From: Mytilus edulis
Lineage: Eukaryota
Direction of reading: 5' to 3'
Length of the DNA stretch: 64,000 nt
Assembly: GCF_963676685.1 (NCBI RefSeq)
Contig: NC_092346.1
Coordinates: 34,410,001 to 34,474,000 of the forward strand
In this document: positions 25,111 through 39,121 of the stretch, one piece after another
Layout of the letters: each line of letters begins with the position of its first letter
Position numbering within the stretch: position 1 is the stretch's first letter
The notes under the pieces: generated by a model
Database searches by the model: none
What the model was told of the DNA's origin: nothing
What the model saw: the letters and a program-made list of their open reading frames with translations, nothing else
Program-made: the position numbers and the translations under genes

Positions 25111-26083
25111 CTATTTTAATCGATTATCCCAATACTGCTTAACAGCCTGCATCTTCGTCGGAATTAGTATATTTTGTACTGGTTGTGGTAAGTAAGAAAT
25201 ATTGTACTTTTCCTTTATAGTATTCATTATAGCATGTGCGATAAATTGATACTCATCAGAAATCATTGGAGTATACAGCTGATCTTCGCTATCTTTCAAA
25301 AGGAAATATAACCGCAACACGTCATCTTGACCATCTTGCGATAAGGTTCTAACTATACACTGAATCATTACATATATGCCGATGATAATCACATTCATAA
25401 CAAAAGGATGATTCATCAACGAAGTCGAAACCAACTCAGACAAACACTTGTCATGGGTAAATCTTTCCTTTAACCATATCGGGAAAGAAATTTGTAGATA
25501 CTGGTCTACTTTCCAATTCTTGATTGCATCGACAATAACTGGATGAATTTTGTTCATCTCGGTTAAAGCAATGGTAAAGTCGCCGTTCAAGTAGTAGAAA
25601 AGTGCCAATTGAACTCTTCCCGATATTAGTCTGTCATTGAATCCACAAGGATAAATAAGTGAAAGAGAGTCCTTGTACAAACTTTCAGCTTTTTTTCGCG
25701 AATATCTGGTTCTAAGTGAGTGATAATAATCTGCTATCTGCCTCCTGATGACGGTTTGAAAGGCATCAATAAACTCCAGTGAAATTATTTGCGGTAGAAT
25801 TGCTACTACTTCCTCTAATGCTTCGCACTGAGAACGACTCTGAATCGACATCATGATTGATAGCGATGACAAAATGAGCGACTCATTCATAATTAGCTGC
25901 TCACAAAATGTCTCTGAGATTTCTTTACATTTACGAATAGCGTTACAGAGTATCCTACATGAGGTAATTCTTTTATTTTTCGTATACCAGTTCATTGAAT
26001 GTTTAAAAATATCTTTAATATCATTTTCACAAAGTAATTCGGCAATGGTTTCTTTTATGCGACCGGATGTCAAGATAGCACTA
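25111..26083 (-). CDS. C-terminal helical (TPR-like) half of the same cGLR gene
   Basis: 973 nt without a stop. Joins in frame to 27679-28778 (…LADMI|SAILTSGRIKE…) once 26086-27678 and one AT copy are removed, giving 690 aa. The track's MKAICSFIFLFG start is transposon-derived. Confidence 0.8.
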
Positions 26084-26085
26084 AT

Positions 26086-27678
26086 CCCAAACAGAAAAAT
26101 AAATGAACAAATTGCTTTCAAATCGTAATCAAATCTCTTTCAAATCGTGATTCTGCGATTTGTTAGTACCATTTGCTTGCGATTCATTAAACAAATCATA
26201 GACAAATCAGAATTTTCCAAATTCCCTAAATCTGATTTCTATGTGATTTCTTTCTTTGGTATGATTTGTAAGCCATTTGTTTCTGTTTTTGTGTGATTTC
26301 TTTATGATTTGTTTACTTAGAATATCGTATGAAATGATTTGAAAGAGATTTGTTAACTTTGTTAGCTAGAACGGTGTGATTTCGTTATGATTTGTTAACT
26401 TTGAATATCATATGAAATGATTTGAAAATGATTTGTTTACTTTCTTAGCTATCTTGGTGTGATTCATTGATGATTTGCTACAATGAATAAAATGTTAATG
26501 CATTCCAGGTTTCTTTGTTTATCTATCTCTCTGACTTCCGGTTGAGGTCAAATTCAAATTTCAAATACTGTTCTATATTAACTGAACAAAGAAGGTTGCA
26601 AGATGGGGAGTTTTATTCAGTCTATGAAAGATGACGGTGGTAAGGAATCTTAATATTTATAATTTCACATATTTAACTAATACTATTCAAATGTTAACCT
26701 TTAAAATTCAGAAACTGTGCATTTCAGTATCTCCTTATAATAATGATAGTTGAAGTGATGTCAGGATTAATTTTAAAAATAAAAATGTGTAAAAGATGTG
26801 TAAACAGATCAAAACATTTCAAGACTAGCTTCCCGCGCCAGCAGATAAAATTCACTGGCAAGTTTAATGTTTTAATTGTTGTTTACTGACCAGGTCCCGG
26901 GCAAAATGGACAAATCTATATATATATTATATATCACAATGTAGCAGATTTGGACCAAGACTAAGACCCATCACCTATTCGACATTATTCTACTAAGTAC
27001 ACGTGGTTGCCTATGTTTTTTTTCTTCAAATTTCGGGTAAAAAGTAAGAGAAACTTCACAAAGAACAATTTGTTCCTCATCGCAACCAAAGGTAGTTCTT
27101 CTTTTAACAATTAGTGGAGTAGCTATTAAAGGTAAAATGAAGACACTTGCGCTTCAAAGTTTTGGGGTTTCAGGGGCAGAACTTATTTTTGATCTGGATG
27201 TTAATGATATAATCTGTGAATTGATGATTGATGCCAATTTATTTACGATTTGCTTGTGATTTGCTTGAGGTAGGAATATGATTTACTTCTGATTTGTTAA
27301 AGATTTGATAACAATTTCTTAACGATTTGAAAACAATTTGCTTCTGATTTGTAAATGATTTCAAAACAATTTCTTGGCAATTTGTTTATGATTTGCTTAT
27401 GATTTGTAAGCAATTTGTTCGTGATTTGTTATTGTGATTTGTTAGCTCATTTGCATGTGAAATTTTATCACTTTCAAATCACAAAGAAATCATACGATTT
27501 GTTTATCATTTGTTACCCTGATTTGCTTATGATTTGTAAGCAATTTGTTCGTGATTTGTTATTGTGATTTGTTAGCTCATTTGCATGTGAAATTTTATCA
27601 CTTTCAAATCACAAAGAAATCATACGAGTTGTTTATCATTTGTTACCATGATTTGTTCCTCAATCTTTTTTGTTTGGG
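26086..27678. mobile_element. Non-autonomous CACTA/EnSpm-like DNA transposon (1593 bp) inserted in the cGLR CDS
   Basis: AT|CCCAAACA...TGTTTGGG|AT: CCC/GGG termini, 2-bp TSD, dense subterminal GATTTG/CAAATC repeats, 130-bp internal tandem duplication (27391 and 27521). Confidence 0.85.
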
Positions 27679-28778
27679 ATCATATCCGCTAGAATAAGAC
27701 ATTCGTCTTTAGACTTGTGATCTATCATGTTATTCTGTGGAATGAAGTAGTTCGGTAGGTAGTGATTCATGTACATGATGTGAAGAAGAGTCAGCGATTT
27801 GAATAATAACTCCGTTAACCGGATCGGCTGCCATTCCGCATTGTGTATGACGTCACTTATCCAAAATATCACCGTCTTCATGAAATATGAACATAGGACA
27901 TCTGAATTTTTTAGATGTATCATTTTAAAATGCTTGAGTAGATAATAACAATGGTATTGGGTGTCCGTCCAATTCATCACCAAGACCTTTTCTGCTTCTG
28001 TAAAAGACAGTCTCCATTCTATATCTTTATGTTTACTCAGGGCGTGACCAGTCGCTACAGCATAAACACTTAAGTGTTTCATTTTTTCAACATCGCCATT
28101 AAAGTGTGCTCGTTGAAAAATATCATTAGCAAATGATGGCCAATGAGTGCATTTGATGGCGTGTACAATGTCGGTTGAAAATCCTTCAACACCCTCTTCT
28201 GTGAGAGCAGGTCCGTTTATATGATTTTTATACCCAGTCGTTCCGCATTCTTTCATAGCTCTCACAAATCCTTTACTGCTCAAGTAATAGTGACGTCCAT
28301 CTTTCTTAATCAGATAATCTTGAAAACCATTGAATCTTCGCGTATTAGAAGGGATAATTAATTTGATGTATCCTTGGTGACAAAGGTCGGAAATGAAAGG
28401 AAAACTGTTCACATTATCCCGTAACTTTCCAAAGTACTCGTAAGATTCGACCCAAGTAGCCACGAAAATCATATCCAAGTCGCATGCATTTGGCATTCCT
28501 TCTGCATAGCTCCCAGCAAACACTGGCAAGACCTTTGACTCGTTCAAATCAGGTTCGAGCTCGCGCCATTTTCTTGCATATGCCTGCCAAACGTTTACAC
28601 AGTTTATTTTCATCTGACGGGTAACCATTTCATATGTCATCATTTCTGTTACAAAATAAGTCCAGGGTTCCGACTTCCAGTCCTCAGGTAATTCGGATTT
28701 GCTTAAAATGGTTCGCACTTCCTCTACCACGGAGTTGCCATCTGAGTTGAACGCAAAAGCTGTTTTGATTGACTGCAT
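27660..28778 (-). CDS. Mab-21 domain / cGAS-like receptor (cGLR) nucleotidyltransferase, N-terminal part; truncated by a transposon insertion
   Basis: NTase motif GSYAEG...DLDMIF, third acidic residue in STDIVHAI, Mab-21 signatures EWRLSFTEAEK, SYFMKTVIFW and LPNYFIPQNNM. The last residues PNKKD* are encoded by the transposon TIR. A probable 5'UTR intron acceptor lies at 28803-28804. Confidence 0.9.
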   Translation of the reverse strand: MQSIKTAFAFNSDGNSVVEEVRTILSKSELPEDWKSEPWTYFVTEMMTYEMVTRQMKINCVNVWQAYARKWRELEPDLNESKVLPVFAGSYAEGMPNACDLDMIFVATWVESYEYFGKLRDNVNSFPFISDLCHQGYIKLIIPSNTRRFNGFQDYLIKKDGRHYYLSSKGFVRAMKECGTTGYKNHINGPALTEEGVEGFSTDIVHAIKCTHWPSFANDIFQRAHFNGDVEKMKHLSVYAVATGHALSKHKDIEWRLSFTEAEKVLVMNWTDTQYHCYYLLKHFKMIHLKNSDVLCSYFMKTVIFWISDVIHNAEWQPIRLTELLFKSLTLLHIMYMNHYLPNYFIPQNNMIDHKSKDECLILADMIPNKKD

Positions 28779-29944
28779 TTTTATATTCGTGTTTTTATGT
28801 TTCTATAAAGAAAATAAAATGTTTTAAAATAAATATGTCTGGAGATGTCAAACTCAACAATAGACCCCTTAAGGTAGATAGGGTGTCTTCCTCTATCTTG
28901 GATTTTAAAATACCAAAAAACAATCGGTCTAGATCTTTAGTAAAATGTGAAAATTTTGAGACTAGTAGGTTATTCATGTGTACGAATTTTCATTTCAATA
29001 TAGAAAATGACATGTTTTATCATATTTATGGTTGTATTTTACAAAAAAACAGAATACTTTTGTTTGATTAAGTTTTTTCAATCTTTGCCAAATAAGGGGG
29101 AGGCACAATGTAAGGGCAGATAATTCAGATAAAGTTACTTCTACAATAGAATGTGTTAGGAATTTACATATTTCATTATGTAGCAAGAAAACGAGTCCCG
29201 TAACCCCATTTTTTTTTCTTATCTGAAAGCACAATATTAGAGCTATCTTCTCATATTTTATCTCAAAATTCTATTATGTAGTTTTCGTTATATGGCAGAA
29301 AATTGGGTTTTCCATGCAGAATCTTAGATTATACAAAATCTGTCAATTTTGCACTACCTGTAGCGTGAAAATAATCCCCGTGACCCATTCCTTTTATCAT
29401 TTTTTTTAAAAGCATGATAATAACTACATTTTGGCAAATTATTAAACAATTCTATGGATTATAATTTAGACCTTAACATAGATTTGTTATTAATAGTTGA
29501 AGTTAGAGTTTGTAGAATTTTCTATTATTTTCATATCATTGACAATGAGGGTCGTTTGAAAACAAAACTGTACTGTTATACCACTGTCCCAGGTTAGAGG
29601 GAGGGTTGGGATTCCGCTAACATGTTTATCACCGCCACATTACGTATGTATGTTCCTGTCCCAAGTCAGGAGCCTGTAATTCAGTGGTTGACGTTTGTTT
29701 ATGTGTTACATATTTGTTTTTCGTTCATTTGTTGTTGTATTTTTATATAAATGAGGCCGTTAGTTTTCTCGTTTGAAATGTTTCACATTGTCATTTCGGG
29801 GCCAGTTATAGCTGACTATGAGTTATGGACTTTGCTCATTGTTGAAGGCCATACTTTGACCTATAGTTGTTAATTTCTGTGTCATTTTGGTCTCTTGTGG
29901 ATAGTTGTCTCATTGGCAATCATACCACATATTCTTTTTTCATA

Positions 29945-30480
29945 TTTACGACATAAGAGATTATTTCAGCTTCAATTGTGAACTTTCCATTTTTATGTAG
30001 CAACATTCAAGCAGCGCCTGCAAACGGAGTGTATATCTCCCAATTGATACGATACTCCCGGGCTTGTGTTTCCAATCATAATTTCCTTGATACTAAGAGG
30101 ATTTCTGCTCTCAAGGAAGCTATTAAACCAAGAGTTCCAAATGGTTAAGTTGAAATCTTCCTTCGTAAATTTTACGGACACCATCACAAGTTTGTTGACC
30201 GTTATGGAATAACCGTTTTACAGATGATATCGGATATGTTCCTTATGTCGTAACTACAATCCACTTACTTTTTCACCACGAATGTGACCTACCGAATTAG
30301 ACTATTTACCGGGTTTGTAATAATATGAGCAACACGACGGGTGCCACATGTGGAGCAGGATCTGCTTACCTTTCCGAAGCACCTGAGATAACCCCCAGTT
30401 TTTGTTGGGGTTCGTGTTGCTTAGTCTTTAGTTTTCTATGTTGTGTCTTTTGTACTATTATATTTCTGTTTGTCTTTTTA
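29945..30480 (+). mobile_element. Penelope-like retroelement 3' fragment (RT C-terminus plus 3' repeat)
   Basis: Frameshifted translation resembling IVNFPFLCSNIQAAPANGVYISQLIRYSRAC...LLSRKLLNQEFQMVKLKSSLRKFYG, followed by a repeat that also occurs at about 4665-4860, 21420-21622 (-) and 61150-61310. Confidence 0.6.
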
Positions 30481-31646
30481 CAGCGGATGACCGTGAGTCA
30501 TTCCAATGTATTGATTGCTATCGCCTAAATTTCCATTATGTAAATTAGTTTTGGGTTTTTAACCGATCTATAAACATGATAAATACGCCAACATCATCGA
30601 GTGCAAAATAATATTCCTTATCGCTTGCTATAAATTCATTTGTTAAATGAATACTCATCAAATATTTGTTAAGAACATAATTTAATAAAATTAAAATGTT
30701 TTATATGTATGTAAGCAAAAATTATAAATATCTATGCAGACGTACATAAAAATTGTGTTAACGCATGCGGATGAATATCTCACAATCTCCTATTTATAAA
30801 GGAGATGAAGATCATATATAATTTATACAGATACATGCAGAGTTATTGGTCCTTGCTCTCTTGTTTTGCGGGGAAATATGAATGCCTACTCAAATCTAAT
30901 CTATAAGAAAAATCTAATTATAATAGAATAGTGTCCACCATGCACTTGTACTGCACTATTAATATTTAGTAGAATAGAATGATAAACAAATAGATGTAAA
31001 TTTGTATACATGTAACTGTAATATACAAATATTAATATAATATAAACCAGAGTATATGGATTTGTATCACTACAATACATATATATTTATATAATAGTTA
31101 TTACGGTGATGTTGAATTCCCTTCCATTTAATTACCTTCCACACAAGAACTTGTCTCAGAAAAAAATAATACATCTATACATCAACCTCACTTTCAGGTA
31201 TAAAGATGTGATTTTTTTCTGGGACAAATGCTTGTGACCATTCAAAAGAACTTGCGGTCATCCAATGTTCAGTACTTCAGTACTTTGATTAATTTTTAGC
31301 CATGGCATTGTCAGTTTATTTTCGTTCTCTGAGTTTGACTGTTCCTCCGGTATCTTTCGCCCCTTTTTTGTCCTAAAAGTAGTACACTAAACTAAGATTT
31401 TTAATTTAAAGTTACTGTCTAAAACAAATGCGCCACAACATAATTGTTTCCAGTCCAAACGACTGACATGCTTTTATCTAACTATATTCTTTTAATCAGA
31501 TGTCTACGAATGTTTCTGACCGTACAGGACACTCACGGGTATCCACAGTCATTAAAAAACTAGTCGCTGTCATATATATCTTTAACATTATTACACTTTT
31601 TTTATTTGTTTGATTAAATTGAAAATAAAATCGAAGACATCGAAGT

Positions 31647-32810
31647 AAACAAGAGTGAAAACGCTGAAATGAAATGCCGCGCCTGCTTTACTGACCATTG
31701 ATTTTATTTTCAAAGTCTTACAGATAAAGTTTTAACTAAAAACATCTCAGAAACGGAGGCCAGATAAAATGTGTCAGCTGACAGACATATACACCTAAGA
31801 ATTTGCTTATGATAATAAAAAAAAAAACCTCAACATTGCCTAATAAACCATGAAAATGAGGTGAAGATGATAACTGCCAGACAGACATATACACATTAAA
31901 ACCTTTTCATACACCAACTATAGATGACCTATCCTCTAAAGTAACTAGACTCAAGCTGGCCTAAAGTACTTGAAATACAGACAATAACACAAAATCTTAA
32001 CATTAACCAATGAATTATGAAATAGGTGAAGGTCAGATGATATCTGCGAGACAGACTTATACACCTTACAACCATTCAATACACAAAATATACATGTAGT
32101 TGATCTATTGTGTATAGTACTTAAAATACAGACTAAACCTAAAAAAACTTATCAATAAACAATGAACTGTTACAATGAAAATGCGGTCAAGGTCAGATGA
32201 AACCTGCCAGACTGACATATATCCATTACAGTTGATCTATTGATTATAATAGTACTTGAAAAAGGACCAAGACACAAACAACTTAAAATTGATATAACCA
32301 ATGAACTTGCATGAAAATGAGGTCAGACAAAACCTGCCAGACTGATATGTTCCCATAACAGTCATTCCGTACACCACATATAGTTGACAGACGGCTTATA
32401 GTAGTAGAGAAACGGACCTAGTTACGTAACTTTAACCTTGATCATTGATCATCCATGAAATACGGTAGAGGTCCGGTGAAACAGATATACAGACGTTGCA
32501 AGGAACCTATATATATACCAAAAATGGTTATCATACTAAAGTATTACTCATCATGAGTGAGAAACTCACATGACAAAATAAAAATATTTTTTTTACCATG
32601 CTGTTGTGAACTTTTGAAGTGAGGTCATGGACACTGGACATATGAAAAACGGAAACTTCGTAAAATAAGGTATATGCAAACAAAACACGAATCATAAGGG
32701 TCTTCAGGCTTCTGGAATATAAAGCTTTGAACAAATTGTTTCTCAGCCGTCGCCAGATAGCAGTAGCATTGTCTCGCATACTGCGACTTTCGTCGCAAGC
32801 GAGACAAAAA
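31647..32810 (-). mobile_element. Helentron-associated (HINE/pearl/DTC84-type) non-autonomous element with internal satellite repeats
   Basis: Inverse counterpart of 56628-57745: AAACAAGAGTG end, repeated ATGAAAATGAGGTCAAGGTCAGA units, stem-loop near the opposite end. Confidence 0.55.
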
Positions 32811-35800
32811 TAATTTAAAATAAAAAGCCTTCCGGGACGTCGTAATTACTGTGACGGTATCTACTATAAATTCATAGACAGGCCACTTCTACAATAAATA
32901 GATTATCGCTGTTGCTGCACCGATAGTGTCTAAATCAATAAAGAAGTTTTCAAGCAGTACGTATTGATCTTAAAGAACAAAGTAAGTGTCTTTTGACTTC
33001 TTTGCCCGTTTTAACCGTTTATACCAGTGTAGGATTAAGGATGTACACCAACTGGCACTTGTTTCCCTCAAAGTCTATTATATCTTGCTGAAACATCAAT
33101 ATCTTATATGATTACGGTCGACATACATGTACTTGGAAGGCCTGTTAAGAATAATTCAAATAGTAGAAATAGGCGTGTTATACACCATTTTGTAGATAAT
33201 CTAATGTAAAGTTACAGCAGTAATTTTCAGTGGGTTATGGACTAACACATATTCGAAATATAAGGGAAGGTCGCGACCGGGTGACAAAGTCACATTTCTA
33301 AAAAAAAAAAAAAAATACGAGTTACATTTGTAAGAACCAGACGGAAATTAAAATATATAGATATTATATTCTATCATTTAAAATAATTTGCAGTCGTGTG
33401 TTATTCCAGAATATTAAACTCGTTAACTACGCATTTTTTTCGAGGTCAGTTGCAGTAGTTATATGTTATATCAAGTTATATACTAGGCAATCTTGTATAT
33501 ATAGGAAAGTTCCTATGTGAACACCCCCACTCTACCATGTCTACCAACATTGAGTGGAAAATGTATTATACTATAGATAAAATTAAAATACTGAATATAT
33601 ACACATAAGTTGCGATATATGTATTATAGGTAGATTACAGTAGCGTTACATATTTACACAATTATTAAAAGTAGACACAAATCAATAAAAGATGTTTAAT
33701 TTGACTGATAAAAACATATATTACATAGCCTGCATACATAGGTCGTTTACATCCAGAAGATGAAAGTACATTACTACACAGTTATTCCATTCGGAAATAT
33801 ATTTTGACAATGGTTAATGAATATCAATAGCGTGCTGCATACGGATTTCAATAATTGTGACTTACCCAGCTGTTCTATGCGTTCTACATACATGTTCTAC
33901 TTTCAAATTCGTGTTCTATTTTTGGTGATACAGTAATTTATAATCTACTGAATCAATACCGGATTTTAACTTGTTTACGGAATGTGTAAGTAAGTAAGTA
34001 AGTAAGTAAGTAATGACTTTATTTACAGAGGGTGACTCAGTTAGCTCCAACCCCCGGAACCCCGATACCCCCTGGATCCGCCAATGTAGTAGAAGTTAGC
34101 AACTATAGGTCACCAACAATGAGCAAAACCAATACATCATCGTAAGCCACAAATGTAAAACAATTCAAACGAAAAAGTAAATGGCATGCTTTATTAAAAC
34201 TATGAACGAAAAACAAATATTAGCATTCAAGAATTGGTTGGTCCTTAATGCTATTCAACTTCGTGCTTTGAGTGCATTTCTTTCTAACCAAAATTTTGTA
34301 AACGTTGTGTTGCGTTTGTTGTTGTTTTCTAAACGATACAAAAGTAGAAACAAATACATCGTTTTCTAAGTCTTTACTGACCCTGTTTGAACTTGTAACT
34401 AAGTATGCACATGTTGTTAGTAAACAGACTTTTTACAAACGTAGAAAAAAATGCATCGCTTAATCAGGTTGAAGTTAGAAACAAATGTAGCGTTTAATTG
34501 TACTAACAAACGATGAACGACAAACTGTATTCGCATCTTTAGCAAGTGAATAGTTTGTCAAAGTTCATGTAAACTTTGAAAACGTATGTTTGAAACAAAT
34601 GATCAAAACATGTGCGCGCTTAGCCGTTTGCATCGTTTGTGTGAGAAAGAAATGCACTCTAAATTTGGTCTTTTTAACTATTTTAATTCGAGCGTCATTG
34701 GTGAGTCTTTTATAATAAAACGCGTGTTTGGCGTACACAATTTTAATCCTGGTATATCTAATTTATGATGAGTCTGTGATTGACATATACACAACTACAA
34801 GCGACAACCACTGAATTAATTTACAGGTTTCCGATTGTGACACATGAGATTGCGCATGTGTCAATTTGAATGGTCGCCTTTTTTTCGAAAAAAAAAATCT
34901 CAATATTTCTGAATTGTATGTGGATTTTTGTGATTTAGAACCATGATAGACAATTATACTAGTGAGTCACTAAAGGCCAAATAAGATATTGATGCTGTGA
35001 AATGCAGGGACCTGACCTACTAGAATTCGACCCGCTAAATTCAAAATCTGCAGGATCGTATGTCCAGTCAGTAATGGCGACGTCAGTAGTAAACCAGTCA
35101 ATAACAACGGTGGATATCAGTGTCGATGTACTAAATGAGAAAACTGTGAGTAATAACAATCGATTAAAAAGACCGCATGAATCTGATTCAGATTCTGATT
35201 CCGATCTCTATTCGGAAAATGCAAAAAAAAAACTGAAACCAGAAACTGTACACAATAACCGTGTAAATCTGATTGACGGGTCACCTCATAGTCAATGTAC
35301 ACAAAATAACACCCCTGTATAACTCCGATACAAATGAATCCGGACGTTGACGCGTTCGAAGCGATAACAAGGACAACATTTGGGATGACAACAATTTCGA
35401 ATACCTCTCTAGAACTTATTTGAGTATATATAAATAAGTCAATGTGCAAGTTAGTTTATTTATTCAATTATACAGTTGTTGTAAGTTTTAGATACAATGT
35501 ATTGCTTAGAACGTTTGATAAAACTGCTAGATGCAAAACGCACATACATGGTGCAAGTTCATACGTTTTTTGATATAAACAATGCTGAATATCTTTTCGT
35601 GCATACACTTTTGCGTATTAATACCTTGTGTAAAACATTATAATTTGGATATACTTGGACTAGCGGAGACACATCTTACTGGAGATGAAGTTATTAGCGT
35701 TGAAGGTTATCAGTGGTTTGGTCTTAATCGTAAACATATTCATGTCCGAGCAAAATCCGGATCGGGTAGTGTTGGAATTTTAGTACGAAATAGCAAATGC

Positions 35801-36005
35801 AATGAATTTGATGTTACAATTGCAGATAATGACACTGAGGGAATTTTATGGATTAAACTTTAGAATAAAACCAATGCAAATAACGTTCTTTATGTATGTG
35901 TTGTTTATCTTCCTCCTGAAAATCCTCACGTGCAGTTAACGTTCATGTTTTTTTTGACAACTAATTAATATGGAACGCCATGACTGCCTTATGTTAATGA
36001 TCAGC

Positions 36006-36264
36006 ATTATATGCAGTGCTCACACCATTATATTAAGTGCTCGCAACATTATATTAAGTGCTCACAACATTATATTAAGTGCTCACACCATTATATACAG
36101 TGCTCACACCATTATATTAAGTGCTCACAACATTATATTAAGTGCTCACAACATTATATGCAGTGCTCACACCATTATATTAAGTGCTCACAACATTATA
36201 TTAAGGGCTCACAACATTATATTAAGTGCTCACACCATTATATGAAGTGCTCACAACATTATAC
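36006..36264 (+). repeat. 21-bp tandem repeat (CATTATATTAAGTGCTCACAA), about 12 units, left arm
   Basis: Read directly from the sequence. Confidence 0.9.
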
Positions 36265-39121
36265 GTTTTTTGTTGTATGATGAGATTGGTGTATGATGAG
36301 ATTGATGTATGATGAGATCATTCGGTAAACATCGTTTTTTTGCGGAAATTACCGAATCCATAATTTGTAAATTACGGTAATTCCCAGCATACAAATTTAA
36401 ACAGTTATTAATGTTTGGTGCAAAATAACTAGTTTGTGAATTTAAATTCTTTTAAGAATATAATTCGGACTACGCCGCATTTTTGCGCCTGTCCCAAGTC
36501 AGGAGCCTCTGGTCTTTGTTTATCTTATGTTATTATAATTTTAGTTTCTTGTGTACAATTTGGAAATTAGTATGGCGTTCATTATCACTGAACTAATATA
36601 TATTCGTTTATGGGCCAGCTGAAGGACGCCTCCGGGTTCGGGAATTTCTCTTTACATTGAAGAACTGTTGGTGACCTTCTGCCGTTGTTTTTTCTATGGA
36701 GTCGGGTTGTGATCTCTTTGATACATTCCCCATTTCCATTCTCGATTTTATGCTATACATAAAAGTCAAATTAGTTTCGACAATTTTCTATTTTTTCCCC
36801 CGTGAGTGATCCCTATCCATGAGAAAGAAGCCCCACAGAAACAATCAAGATCCGCCGTCAAAAGTAACTTTCCAGATAACGAAAAAAATATTCAGATATG
36901 AAATTTTCAACCTTTGAGATTGATCCTAACATGGGATATGGAAAAAAATTGGTAGCAAAAATAACAGAAATCCTCAGACTATAGACAAGCTTGTATGTGA
37001 GAAGAATTAGAACGCCAATCACAACAACGAGAAGAATTCACAGTAAAACAATACTAGAAGTTTTCCATTAATATAATTATATTACAATTATATATTGACA
37101 TAATAATGAGTATCTTTTTTTGTGCTTCCGTTACAAAACAAATTGTGTGGGCTTTAAATAAAATCAAAGAAGTGCTCAGCAACAAATAGCATTCCTATTT
37201 TTGTGTTGTTGCTATCATCTGGACCTAAACACAAATTTGAATCTTTTTTCGAGGTCCATTGTTATCAAAGAAGTGCGATCTAAAAGATATTATTCTTCTA
37301 TGACTTGTAGTTGATTATATTTTGTATCTTAATGTACCTTAACCAGAATTAATTTAGGTCAAGTAGTTATCAAAGGTACCAGGATTATAATTTAGTACGC
37401 CAAATGCTTGTTTCGTCTACATAAGACTCACCAGTGACGCTCATATCAAAATATTTATACATCCAAACAAGTACAAAGTTGAAGAAAATTGAAAATGACT
37501 CCTTTTTCATGGACAATCGTTACTATCCAATAATAGTAAATCATTCTATTTTACTCACAGTTTGTTTCAATCTTTACCTAAATGCAAAACTTAGATGCAT
37601 GTTTTTTTATTAGTTGTTAGTGGCTTTGAACTAGCTGTCAGTAATTGCGAGTATTCTCAGATCAGTACTTATAGTGTCTTTTTGTTGTTGGGATATAGAA
37701 GTACCCGCCCACGTCTACTCTATTTTCTGGTAGATGGATTTATATTTGTACCCATCTGATGAGTTAATTAAGCCTTTTACAACTGATTTTCATAGTTCGT
37801 TCTTATGTTGTTCTGTTACGCCACTGTCCCAGGTTAGACGGAGGGTTGGTATCCCGCTAACATGTCAAAACCCGCCGCACATTCTGTATATGTGGCTGTC
37901 CCAAGTCAGGAGGTGCCTTTATTTCAGTGGTTGTCGTTTGTTAATGTGTTATATACATGTTAGTTTTTCGATCGTTTGTTTGTACATAAATTAGGAATGT
38001 TTTACGTTTATCATTTCGGGGCCTTCTATAGCTGCATGACTATGCAGTATGGGCTTTGCTCATCGTTGAAGGCCGTACTGTGGCCGTTTAGTTGTTAATT
38101 TCTGTGATGTCATTTTGTCTCTTGTGGAAAGTTGTTTCATTATCAAGCATACCACTTTTTTTATATACTATATTAACCGTGCAAAATGACGAACAAACGT
38201 AGTAAACGTTTTTCATCCCCACAAACTCAGTTTTCATAAGAGATGATAACTTTAAATGAAAATAATGTTAAACTGGGTCTTGAAAGGGTAAAATTTATGG
38301 ATTTTTTTGAAAAAAAGTGTGTTTCCAGTTTTTGGAGAAAAAAATAATTTGTTTTTGATTCTGAGAAAAAAAAATTGGTTGATTCACCCCTAGCTGCCAA
38401 TATATGTAATGCTAAAAATTGAATTAAAAAAAATATTTTCGACTTGTCGCGAGAAAAATAAAAATCAATAGCACCCCCCCCCCCCCCCCAAAAAAAAAAG
38501 TGAAATGGTTGCTGTCTAAAGTTATGTTAAACACCTACAATGAAATGCTTTAAACTGCATTTTCCATATCTGTTAGATACTTATTCATGTGAAATAACAA
38601 ATTCTGAAAATGGATGCCAAAAATGACTCAATCATGACATATATATATAAGCTAGTGTAATATAACGCTTATGTGTTATAGAAAGCTGACTGTTTTATTT
38701 AAAATGTAATTCAGCTTTTTTTAAACTGAGTACGGACTATAAAGTGGCACCTTGCTAAAGTTCTTCAGTAGGAAATGAGCTCGAGGAATATGTCATACAA
38801 ATTTCCCTCCGATATTTCATTAAATAAGCTTTTTATTATTTCACTTACATTTTGCCATTCGTATTTCTTACGACGAACAGAACTACTTTAATCATTCACT
38901 TCTTAGTTTCATCTTTTCCTTACTTATTTCAATCAGTTTTAAATATTGTATACTGCCTTATGATCACATGACTTTAATAACTGTACAAATTTGTTTGCTG
39001 GGCATTACCGTAATTTACAAATTATGGATTCGGTAATTTCCGCTAAAAAACGATGTTTACCGAATGATCTCATCATACATCAATCTCATCATACAACAAT
39101 CTCATCATACAACAAAAAACG

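Noticed and set aside
26086-27678. Possibility that the insert in the cGLR is a normal intron or an introner
   Set aside because: On the coding strand it begins CCC and ends GGG, with no GT/GC-AG at the boundaries. It has TIRs and a TSD.
24030-31290. Inverted pair of about 110 bp (24030-24138 and 31184-31290) bracketing the cGLR as a possible composite transposon
   Set aside because: The copies are diverged, there is no TSD, and the left copy lies inside intron 3 of paralogue 2. More likely independent fragments of a dispersed repeat.
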